The position numbers and the translations under genes were made by a program. Shown piece by piece: positions 22,801 to 33,915 of a DNA stretch of 64,000 bases. Location: positions 62,001-126,000 of the forward strand of contig CBFFRQ010000020.1 of assembly GCA_965644315.1 (NCBI GenBank), read 5' to 3'. How positions within the stretch are numbered: position 1 is the stretch's first letter; every line of letters starts with the position of its first letter. The notes beneath the pieces were generated by a model. That model was not told the origin of the DNA. It worked only from the letters and a program-made list of their open reading frames with translations, and did not search any database. This stretch comes from Caecitellus pseudoparvulus. Taxonomy: Eukaryota > Protista > Bigyra: Bicosoecida.

Positions 22801-25800
22801 GGGCCGGGGACGCCGCGCCCGAGCCATCTGAGCCAGGGGATGACGCTGCCCGGCGGCCGCCTCGAGAGCTGCCACGGGGGATGGAGTGAGACCTGGAGGA
22901 GGACCGGCTGGCAGAGCGCTGCCGCCGGACGCTGTGGGAGCCTGGCGTTGAGCGGTGTGGCCGGGAGCGCCGGCGGGACGAGTGCCGGCCGCTGGAGTTG
23001 ACTGGCGTCTCGGACCGGGCAGCTGCCGCCCCCTCCTCGTCGCTGTCTCCCTCCTCTGAGACGATGGACCAGCCAGGGCTCATGGCCACGCGCACATCCG
23101 AGCGGTTCAGGATGCCGTGGCTCTCCAGCGTGTCCTCCTTGCGCGTCAGCTTCATGGTGTCGTGGATGAGCTGGAAGGCGCCCAGCTCCAGCTTCACGTC
23201 AGCGGGGGGGTCCTGCCCCTCCCAGAACTTGTCGTGCAGGCGGAACCAGTGCACGCGCCACGCTTCGGCGACAGCTTCCTTCAGGTCCCCCACTGTGCCG
23301 CTCTCGGGCACCGTTGCGTACACCTTGATGCGGGCGGGGCCACTGGCGCTGTCAGGGCGCCAGGACTCAGACAACAGCTGGGCAGCTGCCGCTTCGTAGC
23401 TGTACAGGCCGTCAGCGTCGGGGTGCCCCATGTGCATCCACTCGTTGCAGACGAGGGCTGGCACAGTGCCACCTTCGCTCACTCGGTTGTAGTCGGACAG
23501 AGCGTCTCGATCTGGCAGGGGCAGCGGTACCCGGGCCTTGTCCCGGGTGTTGGCTGCAGCAGCAAACGAGAATGCCTGCACCAGCACCCCCACCACAATC
23601 TTGCCGCTCTCACCAATAGTCGTGGGAATGGGAGCCGCCAGATCCTCAGCAGCAGATGCGGCACCTGGCGCTGCATCAGGGTTCAGTGGGCCTCTGGCCG
23701 GTGTGGCCCGAGCTGAGCTGAGCAGGCCACCCACGCTGGGTGGAGCAACGTCGGAGGCCGCTCCTTCCAGCAGCTGGGCGCGAGCTGAGCGGTTTGCTGA
23801 TGCAGGCGTCTCCGCAGAGGTCCCTGCGCCCGGCGTCGTGCGGCGGGAGCCGTACCGCCCACGCGCCCTGGAACTGAGGCGAGGCGTGTATACAGTGGCA
23901 GGGGAGGTGGCAGCTCCCACTGTGGCAGCCGCCACTGCCTCCCACCCCTCCTCCTCGCGCTGTGCCGCCTTGGCCCCGCCGCCGCTGCCCCCGCCACCGG
24001 CAGAGTCTGCCTCTGCCAGGCGTGTGGCCAGAGCATCGGCACTTTCCTTGGCGTGTGGCAGGCGCATGTACGAGTGAACGTACGCCTCGGCATCCAGGCT
24101 GCCATATGGGTCTGTCTGCCCGACCTGCAGCATAACTGTGCGGCTCTGCGCGCCGCCTGCGAGGCCAGCTCCGCCGCCGCCCAGCAGCCCGCCGCCGCCG
24201 CCACCGCCCAGCAGCCCGCCACCACCGCCACCGCCCAGCAAGCCGCCAGATGTGCCACCACCCAACAGGCCACCACCACCACCACCACCCAGCAGGCCGC
24301 CACCCCCACCACCACCCAGCAGGCCGCCCGTCCTGGCCCCGCCGCCCAATAGACCACCCCCACCGCCGCCACCCAGCAAGCCGCCGGACGCAGCGCCACC
24401 GCCCAACAGGCCACCGCCGCCACCGCCACCAAGCAGACCACCAGATGTTGCACCACCACCCCCAAGCAAGCCACCCCCGCCGCCACCTCCAAGCAGGCCA
24501 CCCCCCACGCCCGTCGTGAGGCCGCCAGACACGCCGCCACCGAGTAAGCCGCCTGACGTAGCACCGCCACCGAGCAGACCACCACCCCCTCCGCCAAGCA
24601 AGCCTCCGGTCGCTTGCTGCTGCTGCCCCATCAGCCCACCTCCGCCGCCCAGCAAACCACCGGATGTGCCGCCACCCATAAGTCCACCAGATACACCTCC
24701 TCCCAGCAAGCCCCCTGCCGCTTGCTGCTGTTGCCCCATTAGTCCGCCTCCGCCGCCCAGCAAACCACCGGATGTGCCGCCACCCATGAGTCCACCAGAT
24801 ACACCCCCCCCCATCAAGCCGCCACCGCCGCCCATCAGGCCACCTGTGGCTTGTTGTCCTCCCATGAGACCACCGCCGCCGCCCATCAGCCCGCCGCCTC
24901 CTCCCATCAGGCCGCCAGACACGCCGACACCTTGCTGTGCCACGCCGCCGGCTGGCTGTTGCTGCCGCACAAGCGACAGCGGGAATGCCGTGGTGCCTCC
25001 ACGGTTCTGGGCCATGTAGTCTTCCAGGCGGAGCTCCACGTCAGTGCGGTTGTCCAGGCCTGGCATGGCAGAGATGCTCATGTAGTGGGCTCCAGAGGGC
25101 GCCTGCCGTCCGTTCCGGGTGGTAATTTGGGCGGTGGGGGCCCACGTCACGCCAATGGTTCCCAGGCCGGCTCCGGCAGCGCCTTGCTGTTGGCCCATTA
25201 AGCCACCCGTGGCTTGCTGCCCACCCATCAGGCCACCGCCGCCCATCAAGCCGGTGGAGGTCGCTTGCTGTCCCATCAGCCCGCCTCCGCCGCCCATGAG
25301 CCCACCCGTGGCTTGCTGCCCGCCCATGAGCCCGCCGCCGCCCATCAGGCCAGTGGAGGCCGCCTGCTGCCCCATCAACCCGCCGCCCATCAAGCCACCC
25401 GTAGCTTGCTGCCCACCCATCAGGCCACCGCCGCCCATCAAGCCAGTCGAAGCAGCCTGCTGCCCCATCAGCCCGCCTCCGCCGCCCATGAGCCCACCCG
25501 TGGCTTGCTGCCCGCCCATGAGCCCGCCACCACCGCCCATGAGCCCGCCACCACCGCCCATGAGCCCGCCACCACCGCCCATAAGCCCACCTGTGGCTTG
25601 CTGCCCGCCCATGAGCCCGCCACCACCGCCCATCAAGCCGCCACCGCCGCCCATCAGGCCGCCTGTGGCTTGCTGCCCTCCCATGAGACCACCGCCGCCA
25701 CCCAGGGTGGCAGTTTGACGCTGCAAACCAGGTGCAGTGGGCATGCCTCCCAAGCCTGCGAAAAAAACGCCGATTGCCGTCATGGTTGGCCAGTGAGCTG

Positions 25801-26047
25801 GTGCCGCATGCGGCGCAAACTCACCTCCGCTTCCCAACAAGCCACCAGAGCGCTGCTGCGGAAAAGATGGGGGTGGTGGGAGTGAATGTGGTCGTGCTTT
25901 GGCCTAAGCGAGAGATTGCTCTCCCTGCATGGCAGTGGGCGTACCTGCTGCTGACCCATCAGACCACCTCCTGCGGAAAACGAACGGGTGCTTTGCCGCT
26001 GGCGCAGGAGCATGTACGCGCGGAGGGCGAGGCTCACCAGCGAGCAT
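19895..26047 (-). CDS. NUP98: Nup98-Nup96 precursor (about 1975 aa) with GLMG/GLLG repeats in place of GLFG; exons 26047-26038, 25970-25945, 25855-25825, 25755-19895
   Basis: Gly-rich repeat domain interrupted by a GLEBS motif (HYMSISAMPGLDNRTDVELRLEDY, 25087-25016), a PYG motif, an autopeptidase domain ending in H-F/S (22309-22301), then Nup96 motifs (VRIAWGPGGRL, AGYPRLGLIL, AQLEGAGQW). Three GT-AG introns (67, 89, 69 nt) give an in-frame start MLAGGGLMGQQQ. Confidence 0.92.
24150..25710 (-). repeat. Coding tandem repeat array (GGLMG/GGLLG units with GQQAT, QQAAST, GGTS and GGVS spacers) in NUP98
   Basis: By hand count there are about 30 GLMG and about 18 GLLG in this span, in near-identical nucleotide blocks such as + strand cccatgagcccgccaccaccg and gtggcttgctgcccgcccat. 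Confidence 0.95.
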
Positions 26048-26397
26048 GGTTGTAACCTTGTACAGAACAGCAGATCAAAGCACAGGCAGAGCCTCGCACC
26101 GAGCAATGCGCGGAGTTCGAGCCTGTAGCTGGCTGGCTCCTGCTGCAGTTGCACGCGGTTTGTTGGCGTTCGCAACACCAGTTGCCCTGCCTCAGTCAGG
26201 GCCGAGTTGAGACGAGCCTAAACCCTTCCTCGCACAAGGAGAGGACAGGGTAGCTCATGTTGTGAGCAGTTGGGTTTTACTTTTTTCCCCTTGTCGCTTG
26301 CCGCCTGCTTCTGCGTGCCGCTGCAGCAGCATTGCTCTCTGGTGCAGGTCTGACAAAGCACAGCACCCAGAAAGCAGAGTGATTGGAAGGCGTTCAT

Positions 26398-28447
26398 TTA
26401 CCATCGACACTTTCGAAAAAGTAGGATGCACCTCCGTTTCTTCCACCGGGCTGTCTCTAGGGCTCGGAGCAGCAGCTCCACATCAGACATGGCACCCGCG
26501 GCATCCCTCACTCGCTTGGCAAACGCAGCTGGCCCCACCGCATGGCAAAGTGTCAAGGCCAGCGAAGGGCTCTCCCAAAACTGCTGTTGCCGAATGCAGG
26601 CATCCATAAGAAAGGCTGCTGCGCCCTGTGTCGCCGCCACGGAACGCAAGCCAAGCGTCACTGGAGACATTCCGAGCAGCCGCGCAGCACCTCGCACACC
26701 TGGGCATGCCACGCACACAAGCCAAGCGACAAGTCCTACCTGCTTTGCTTGCTGCTCGACGAGTGGGCGGTACAATGCCACAGCGGTGGCGAAGGCGAGC
26801 ACCGCATCGGCCGTCAGGCCTGTCGAGAATGCAGGTGCTGCAGCCACAGCCTCCTGCACGAACAGCACCCCCTCGTGGCTAAGAAACGCCGCAGGCTGCT
26901 CATCAAACGCTGACTCAATCGCCTGCATGCAGTCAAGCGCCTGCAAGCTTGGGAGGGCTGCATGCTCCACCAAGACTGCCAGCGCCGCAGTGTTCTTCGC
27001 TGAGCACACAGAGACCAATCTGCGCTGATCGAGCGGGCTCCCTCGTGGGAATTCGAGCAGTGCTTGCAGGGTCAGTGGCAGGGGGTGCGAAAGGCAGTGC
27101 GCCAGTGGCCAATCCAGGTCCAGGTGCGCGGCAGGCACGCCCGCCTGCAGCGCTTCCCGCAGAACCAGGGCAGCGCATTCGTCATGTAGCCCAAAGCCAG
27201 CAGCTTGCACGAGGGAAGAAATGAAGGCACCGTGTCCCTGTAGCCCGCCTGTCAGCAAAGAAGACATGCCGGACCCTGCTGGCTTGCAGCGCGGCAGCAG
27301 CAGCTCCACCACGTGACCACGCCCATTTCGGGCACCCTCAGTGGCAGCCTGCTTGATGGTTGGGAGTGCCTGCACCCCCTGCATGAAGGGAAACTCCAGG
27401 CACTTGCTCACGAGAGGCGCGAACCCGCTGGCTGCCAGCTGTGGCAGCAAGCTAGTCACCATGGCTTGTGTGACTTGGCGGGGAGGCGGCACGGCCAACA
27501 GCTCGCCCGCGACTGCAGCATGACCATTCCTGGCGGCTGCGATGATGGCGTCACCACTTATTCCATGAGGATTTGGAAGGGTCTCGTGTGGCAGCTGCAG
27601 CAAAGCCTGCACGACAGCAAGGTGGCCTTTGCTGGCGGCGCTCTGCAAGCCCCACCTGTGCCCCGCCTCTGAGGGTACTACGATGCCACGCACAGCCTGC
27701 ATGAAATCAGTCTCTCCACTCTCACAAGCGGCAGAAAAGATGCCGTCGGCGAACTGAGACACTTGCAGGCACTTGTCGGCCGCCGCATCAGCTTGCAGCA
27801 CTGACAGCACCACCTGCGCGGCACCCCGAGCTGCAGCGCGCGCCAAGACACTGGACAAGGACACCATGGCAGCTGGGGCGCAAGGGCTGGCATGCAGCAT
27901 CCACTGCAGGGAACCCGCCTTGTCCCTGTCCACTGCCGCTTGCAGAACGGCAGCTTGCACCTCCGCTGATGTAGCGAGCTCTGGGCAGGCTTGTGCGAGG
28001 CCTTGTAGAACAGCCACTTGGCCGCTGGAGGCTGCCGCCGCGAAGCAAGCAGGCGCAACCTGCGCAGAGCTGTCCAGAGTGGCTGCACTCGGCAGTCTAC
28101 CCTGCATGCAACCCTGGACAGCGCTGTGATCTGCCATGTCCCGGGAGAGCGGGTACGGCACTGGCCCAAGACTCGGCTGATCTTGCACGCTTGCTTGTGG
28201 CCACGCGCTGAAACGAACAGGAGGTGGCCGCGTTTCCGTGGGAAAGAGGAGTGATCCAGGCTGGGGTGGCGGCGGGGCTGGAAGGACTACCTCCACCTCA
28301 TCCTCAGGGTCACAGAAAGCCAGCAAATTGGCCATCGCAGCTCCTGCAGCAAACACGGCGAGATGCACCCTGACGTCGGGCACGCGGAGGATTCACGAGC
28401 ACCAGGCAGGGCTCACGCATGTCTTCATCTCCTCTAGCTCCTGCCAT
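26398..28447 (-). CDS. Ankyrin-repeat-like protein; exons 28447-28417, 28343-26398
   Basis: Degenerate ankyrin units (AASKGHLAVVQALL, AARNGHAAVAGELL, GARNGRGHVVELLL, AASSGQVAVLQGL). A 73-nt phase-1 GT-AG intron links an upstream ATG. Confidence 0.7.
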
Positions 28448-28620
28448 GGCTGCGGCTTGGCAGTGTGCCAGAGCTTTCCCGCGCTAAGCAGGCTGGAGTG
28501 GTTGGCGTGGTCATGCGTGCGGTTTTGCGCCGGGCACGTGCTTGCAGCTCAGCGGCGCACACTCCAAGCCACGCAAGGCAGTTTAAGCTGTAAGCTGCGA
28601 TGAGGGATCATTCGAGCATT

Positions 28621-30260
28621 TTATTCTGCGGGGACGCACTCTTTGAGACTCGTCACAGGCAGTGCTTGCGTGGTCGGCAAAGCAGCACCGGTGCCAGAGG
28701 GCACTGTTGGCATGAGGCCTGCTTCGAATGCAGGCCGTGGGGGAGCTGCTGGACTTGGCACTTCACTTGGTGCGCTCTCGTCGTCCCTGATGGCTTGGTC
28801 CAGCTCTGCCAGCGCTGCCTCCTCATCCAGCTCCGCCCCTGGTAGCGGCGCGGCAACAACCGCGAGGGACTCCTCAGCCACCTCCACCGCATCCGCCACT
28901 GCCTCCATGGCGCGGCGAACATCCTCTGGGGTGGTCTGTGCGTTGGCGAGCGCCAGCGCCGTGGTAGCACTGCCCAGCGAAGCAACCACTTCCCCTGTCA
29001 ACCGGGAGGCGTCCACTTGCCCCAACACCAAGCCGAGCTTGCCGGCCAGGCTCGTCGCGTGCGTTGCAGTGGCCTCTGCCGCAGCAGCTGCACGCAGACA
29101 GGCCGACGCCTCACTGCGGTGGCCCTGTGAGAGTGCCTGCCTGGCGGACAGCCTTGAGCGGTGGGCATCGCGGCGCCGCTGAGACGCACGCAGCAGCGCC
29201 TTGTGGAGTGTGACGGAGGCCTTCACCCTCCCCGCCGCTGCTTGTGATGCGAGGGGTTGGTCGTCATGGGGGGGTGGCAGCAGCGCAGGGCCCGCCTCGC
29301 CGACGTCGTGCACCTCTGCACGCCCCGACGCCACGACGTCGTGCACGGCCAGAAGCAGGCAGGCCGGCAATGCTGCCTGCGATGAGGGATGCAACACAGA
29401 AGAAGCCTGGGCGGTGGCAGCTGTCCATTCCTGTGCCGCCTGTGGCAGTGCGGCGGCAGGCACGTCAGGCCCGGAAAACGCTCCCAACACGGGAGACAGC
29501 GTGCAGCCTGGCAAGCAGGGTAGCGAGGGCAAGTGGTCGCCGGCAGTCACAGCGGATCCGTCCACAGCACGGCAATCCAGGAACAGCAGGGCCCACCCCG
29601 TGCCTGCCGCTGCGTCGACGGCTTTCACGATGGCTGCCTGCAACGCAGCGTGGGCTTCCGGCTGCACCCACACATCTCGCGTGGTGGGGGGTGGGGGCGG
29701 GCGTGGTGGGCTCAGAACTGCTGCAGCACCAAAGACAAGCGCGGATGCGGCACTCCATACGGTGGACGCCACCCATTCACCCGTGGAGAGCGTGGCTGGG
29801 GAAGGACTGCGTGCCCAAGTGTGCACTGTACCTGCCCGCCACGGCACGAAGGCTGCCTTGTCGTCTGCAGCTTGAACTCGCAAGGCCCGCGCACAGCCCA
29901 ATGCAAGCGGTCCGACGTTGAATACTGGGTGGTGCAGGTATTGGAGGATGTCCTCCGGGCGGCAGGCGTTGGCAGGGGTCAGGCCAGCCTGCGCAGCGTG
30001 GCGCAGCGCTGTTGTCCAGAACTGCACAGCTCCGCCGTCCAGACGGAGGTCTTCCTCGCTCTCTCCCTCCAAGTCGCTGAGCACAAATCTCAGTCGCTGT
30101 TCGTGTTTCCACCAAGCGTCCAGGCGCGTGCACGTGACCTGGCTGCAGAGGGGGCACGGGGGCTCGTCGAAACTCCCTTGAAACGCCATGTCACTGCCCC
30201 TTGCCTGTCGCCACTGAGCAAAGCACAGGATCTGAACACACAAACTTGGGACCACTTCAT
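28621..30260 (-). CDS. CHMP7: CHMP7/Chm7-like ESCRT-II/III hybrid protein with a C-terminal Snf7 domain; 5' exon tentative (30260-30205, GC-AG intron, exon 2 from 30142)
   Basis: C-terminal Snf7 pattern (A..CL.....A...........L..VL.QVD.......VV.SL..A..AL.......PEDV...M......DEE....EL). The long N-terminal extension has RLRFVLSDL..FW, as in CHMP7-type proteins. Confidence 0.6.
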
Positions 30261-30371
30261 GCTGTGTAGAGGGCATGGAGGTGCCGGTTGGTGGCGACTG
30301 GATTGACCCGCTGCGCCGAATGCCATCTGTGCCACGTCACGGAGCGACATGCAAGTGTCCCGTGCATGCAG

Positions 30372-31529
30372 CTACTGCGCTGACTCCCTCGCGGCTGCAA
30401 TAACCTCACACACCCTCTCTGTACGCGCTTTCAGAGCAGTCGCCGCCATGCCCACGGCCAGCACAGTCGCCGCCATGCCACCGCCAACACCCCACGCCAC
30501 TGCCGGCCGAGCCGCATGCAGCTTGCGCAGCCCGTACGCCACGCCGCCCAGTGTGGCCAGGGGCAGGACGGCGTTCCACAGGTAGAAGTCGGCGGGGGGG
30601 GCTGCGAGCTCCTGCATGCGCGCTGGGGACACCTTGCCCCAGTGGGCCTGGATACCCTCCAAGTGCCCCACCCCCACCACAGCCACGGCACGCCGCCCGG
30701 GGGCAGCCGCCAGCGTGTGCGCCATCCACTCATCCCGCTCCCCCACCATGGCTGCGCCGTAGCCGGAGGCATCGCCCCGGTGCCGGAAGTCCTCCATGGA
30801 GGCGGCCAGGACGCCAGGCACTGCCGCCGCCATGGCTGCCACCTGCTCTGGCGTCGCGCTGTCGCTCTGGATGATGTCTGCCAGGCACTGCCCCATGGTG
30901 TGCATATCCCGCCGCAGGGGGGCCGGCACGTGTGGCGTGCACTGGCGGATCTCTGAGGCGAAGTACCCCCGCACGCCGGCGGCCAGGAGGGCATCGGACC
31001 CCGCCGCCAGCCCCCCCACGAGCTGGGCTGTGTGCCAGCCGGGCAACACATCCTCCAGCCCAAAGGCGATGCGGGAGAGGGTGACCGCCTGGGAGCGGTC
31101 TGCCAGGTACAGCGGCAGGCCCCGCTGCAGGGCGAAGGCCGCCGCGCTGACCATGTCGCCGCCGTACTCGTCTCCCGCCACCGCACCAGCCACCAGGGCT
31201 AGGGGCAGGGACGACAGCATCATGGACACGGCCGCCAGGCTGGGCAGGCCGCCGGCGCCAGTGCCTGCTGCAGGGAGCAGGAGGCCCCCCTCTGCCTGCG
31301 TCACGCCTGTCATGGCGGCCAGGCGTGCCGGGCAGAGCTCCACAGCCACCACGTCTGGCCGCCACGCAGCCATGATGGAGACCAGTGTCTTCGCAGCGTT
31401 GCAGCCGGCGTGCGCGGAGCCGATGATGAGGATCTGCCCCCCATCCGCCTTGCGCAAGACTACCATGCTGCTCTCGTCAAAGAGGGACAGCACTTTGGCA
31501 GGCAGCGCCTGGCCCGGGCTGCCTGCCAT
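30372..31529 (-). CDS. TraB/PrgY family (TRABD-like) protein with a C-terminal membrane anchor
   Basis: LIIGSAH, PDVVAVELCPAR, GGDM, LYLADRS..VTLSR, GERDEWMA and VAVVGVGHLEGI..W; single exon. Confidence 0.9.
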   Translation of the reverse strand: MAGSPGQALPAKVLSLFDESSMVVLRKADGGQILIIGSAHAGCNAAKTLVSIMAAWRPDVVAVELCPARLAAMTGVTQAEGGLLLPAAGTGAGGLPSLAAVSMMLSSLPLALVAGAVAGDEYGGDMVSAAAFALQRGLPLYLADRSQAVTLSRIAFGLEDVLPGWHTAQLVGGLAAGSDALLAAGVRGYFASEIRQCTPHVPAPLRRDMHTMGQCLADIIQSDSATPEQVAAMAAAVPGVLAASMEDFRHRGDASGYGAAMVGERDEWMAHTLAAAPGRRAVAVVGVGHLEGIQAHWGKVSPARMQELAAPPADFYLWNAVLPLATLGGVAYGLRKLHAARPAVAWGVGGGMAATVLAVGMAATALKARTERVCEVIAAARESAQ

Positions 31530-31978
31530 GCTTCAAACCCCGCAGCAACACAGCAGCACGTGTGGAAGTGCCCAGCAGGATGTACAGCGCTCAAGCCTGT
31601 CAAGGAGGTGTCTTCGCACTGAAAATGCACAAACAGGGGGCTGGTGGTCGTGATCAATTCTGGCGAGTCCTTCGTTTTGTGGCGTTTAGGAGGAAGGCAG
31701 CCAGCGGATCCAGTTGCGAAACCGCGGCGAAACGCTGAGCACTCTCACGTATGCCCCCACCCCAGTCCTTGATGGGCAGGCATACCTCTGGGACACACAT
31801 CGCTGGGCAGCAGATTAACAAACCCTGTACTCCAGCCTGCTGCAGTTCATTTTCCTCCCATGCCGTGGCAACTCACGACATTGCAGCCTGCTCAAGTCTG
31901 GGCCACAGCTGCTGAACAAAGGGACACGACAGCTACCCACCTACCTTACTCGAAGCAAGCCCCTGTGCATTGTGCACC

Positions 31979-33867
31979 ATGACCTCCCAGGTAGAAGAGC
32001 TTGTGGCCTTCCTGGGCGACACCCGGCCTGAGGTGAGGCGCGACGCGTGGCAGTCAGGAAGGCGCACGCGGATTAGGTGCGGAAATTGGCACCCACAGCC
32101 CTGCCTTTCCCTCTGCTCCTGCAGGTTCGAGGACTCGTCGCGAAGAACATCCTGCAGTACACCGGGGATGAAACAATGAAGACACAGCTGCGGGCAGCCA
32201 AGGCGCCCCGGAAGCTGTGCCGGCTCATCGGCGACCTTGCTGTGCGTGCAGAATGGACTGGCGCCAATGCCCTGTGTCCACCCTCATGGCCCACACGCAC
32301 CGCGGAGCCCCTGCCACTGCACAGCCCATTGCCGAACCAGCCCTGAAGGCCCTCATCAACTTCTGCGATGACTCTTCTGCGTTGCAGCAGATGCTGGCGG
32401 TGCGCCTCATTGACTCCCTCATGGAGAGCTTGCGGGTGCGTCGCCCGCGGCGCCAACGCGGCCATGCCCGCACCTGCCCACGCCCCCCCTGCGCCCCGCG
32501 ACGCCGCCCAGGGCAAGGACTTCCCCTTCAAACGCCTGGCAGTCATGCTGCTGTCCAACCTGTGCCAGACCATGGAGGGCTGCATCCAGCTACTGCAGCA
32601 GGATGTGACGGGCGCCGCCGCTGGCCTGCGTGGCCTGCACTTCCGCCTGCTGCTGCAGTGGTTCGTCACGCCCGCCGCCAAGTTCGCCGACGACGTGGCA
32701 GAGGACCCCTTCGAGTTCGCCGGCAGCATCATCCACAACTGCACGCAGCTGGCGGAGGCGCGCCGCATCATCCTGGAGCCCGAACGGGGCATCCTGCAAG
32801 CACTGCTGCCCCAACTCGCGTCTGCCTCCACGGTGCGGCGCCGCGGCACGGCGGGCGCCGTGCGCAACTGCTGCTTCGAAGTCACCCGCGTGGACTGGCT
32901 GCTGTCTCCGGCAGTGGACGTGGTGGGGGTGCTGGGGCGACCCCTCGTGGGGCCCACACCATTTCGCCCCGCCGAGGCTGCCAGCTTCCCTGACTCCTGG
33001 TGCACTCCAGACGTGACGGCGGCGCACGAGCCCGATGCCGCCACTCGCCTGCTGCTGCTGGAGGCGCTGCTGGTGCTGGCCAGCCACCGCCCCGCCCGCG
33101 AGGCCATGCGCAAGGCCAACCTGTACGCCGTCGTGCGCAACTTGCACTACTGGCTGGAGGGGGTGGACCCGCCCTTTGCCAAGGAGGCCATGGCTGCAGG
33201 CACCGCTTCCAGCGCCAAGGCAGCTGCGCGGGGCACGGCGGAGGAGGCGGCAGCCTTGGCGTCGCGTGGCGGGGCGGTGGAGGTGTCACAGGACGCGGTG
33301 GGTGCCACCGCCTCGGCCAGCTCAGAGCGGGCGCATGTCGCAGACGGCGAGGGGCGGGGGGACCTGCCGCCTCTGGATGAGAAGGCCGCTGACGTCATCA
33401 ACCAGCTGGTGCAGTACCTGCAGCGCGGAGAGGAGGGGGGGGAGGGCGCTGACGGGGCGGAGGCTCCCGGCGCGCCCCCCGGTACGGTGCCCCTGTTGCC
33501 AGCACCCCCCATGGACATGACCAGCAAGGGCAGCGAGGCCCTGGAGGCTGCTGGGCTGGCGCCCTCCGAGGCGGCCCCTGCAACTGACGCCGCTGGCCCC
33601 GAAGCAGCGTCCCCCCCGCCAGCGCCGGCAGCGGACCTGGCTGCAGCCATGCCGCAAGACGGCCGCGTGGAGCGCATGCTGGACAGGCATGTGCACACTG
33701 TGGAAGAGCCGGCCCATGCTGGCACGGTGGCGGCGCGGCGCGCAGGTCTGGTGCCCGTGGCCGAGCCTGCGAGCGAGGCGGGGACCTCCGGATCCACCCC
33801 GCCCGCCCAGGGCACTGGGTCTGCAGGGGCTTTGGTCGACGCAGCTGGCTTCGGTGACATGGACTGA
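31979..33867 (+). CDS. HGH1: HGH1/FAM203 eEF2 co-chaperone; exons 31979-32032, 32125-32241, 32325-32435, 32512-33867
   Basis: ELVAFLGDTRPEVR, ALKALINF, MLLSNL, RRRGTAGAVRNCCFE, EPD..R..LLEALLVL and R..MR....Y.VVR.LH. Three GT-AG introns (92, 83, 76 nt). Confidence 0.88.
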
Positions 33868-33915
33868 TGCGGGCAAGTGTGCGGAATGCAGTCCTTGTGG
33901 AAGCAGCACCCCGCG

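Noticed and set aside
24150-25710. CRISPR-like or satellite array
   Set aside because: The units are in-frame, vary at synonymous positions and lack unique spacers, and the context is eukaryotic. This is a coding repeat.
24138-25885. Proline-rich extensin/formin-like ORFs on the + strand (24138-25019, 25119-25718, 25214-25885)
   Set aside because: They are antisense shadows of the poly-Gly NUP98 repeats (GGN read as NCC/CCN) and have no independent features.
24150-25970. Codon reassignment or RNA editing turning GLMG/GLLG back into GLFG
   Set aside because: CCT3, PTPA, NTH1 and the HFS site of the same gene use TTY for conserved Phe, and ATG/CTG for conserved Met/Leu. ATG and CTG cannot become Phe by one edit, and only a few repeat codons are CTY.
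17932-33867. Functional cluster of CCT3 + HGH1 (eEF2 folding), or a DNA repair/replication cluster of CDC7, TDP1 and NTH1
   Set aside because: These are housekeeping genes separated by many unrelated genes, with no shared motif seen. Chance is a sufficient explanation.
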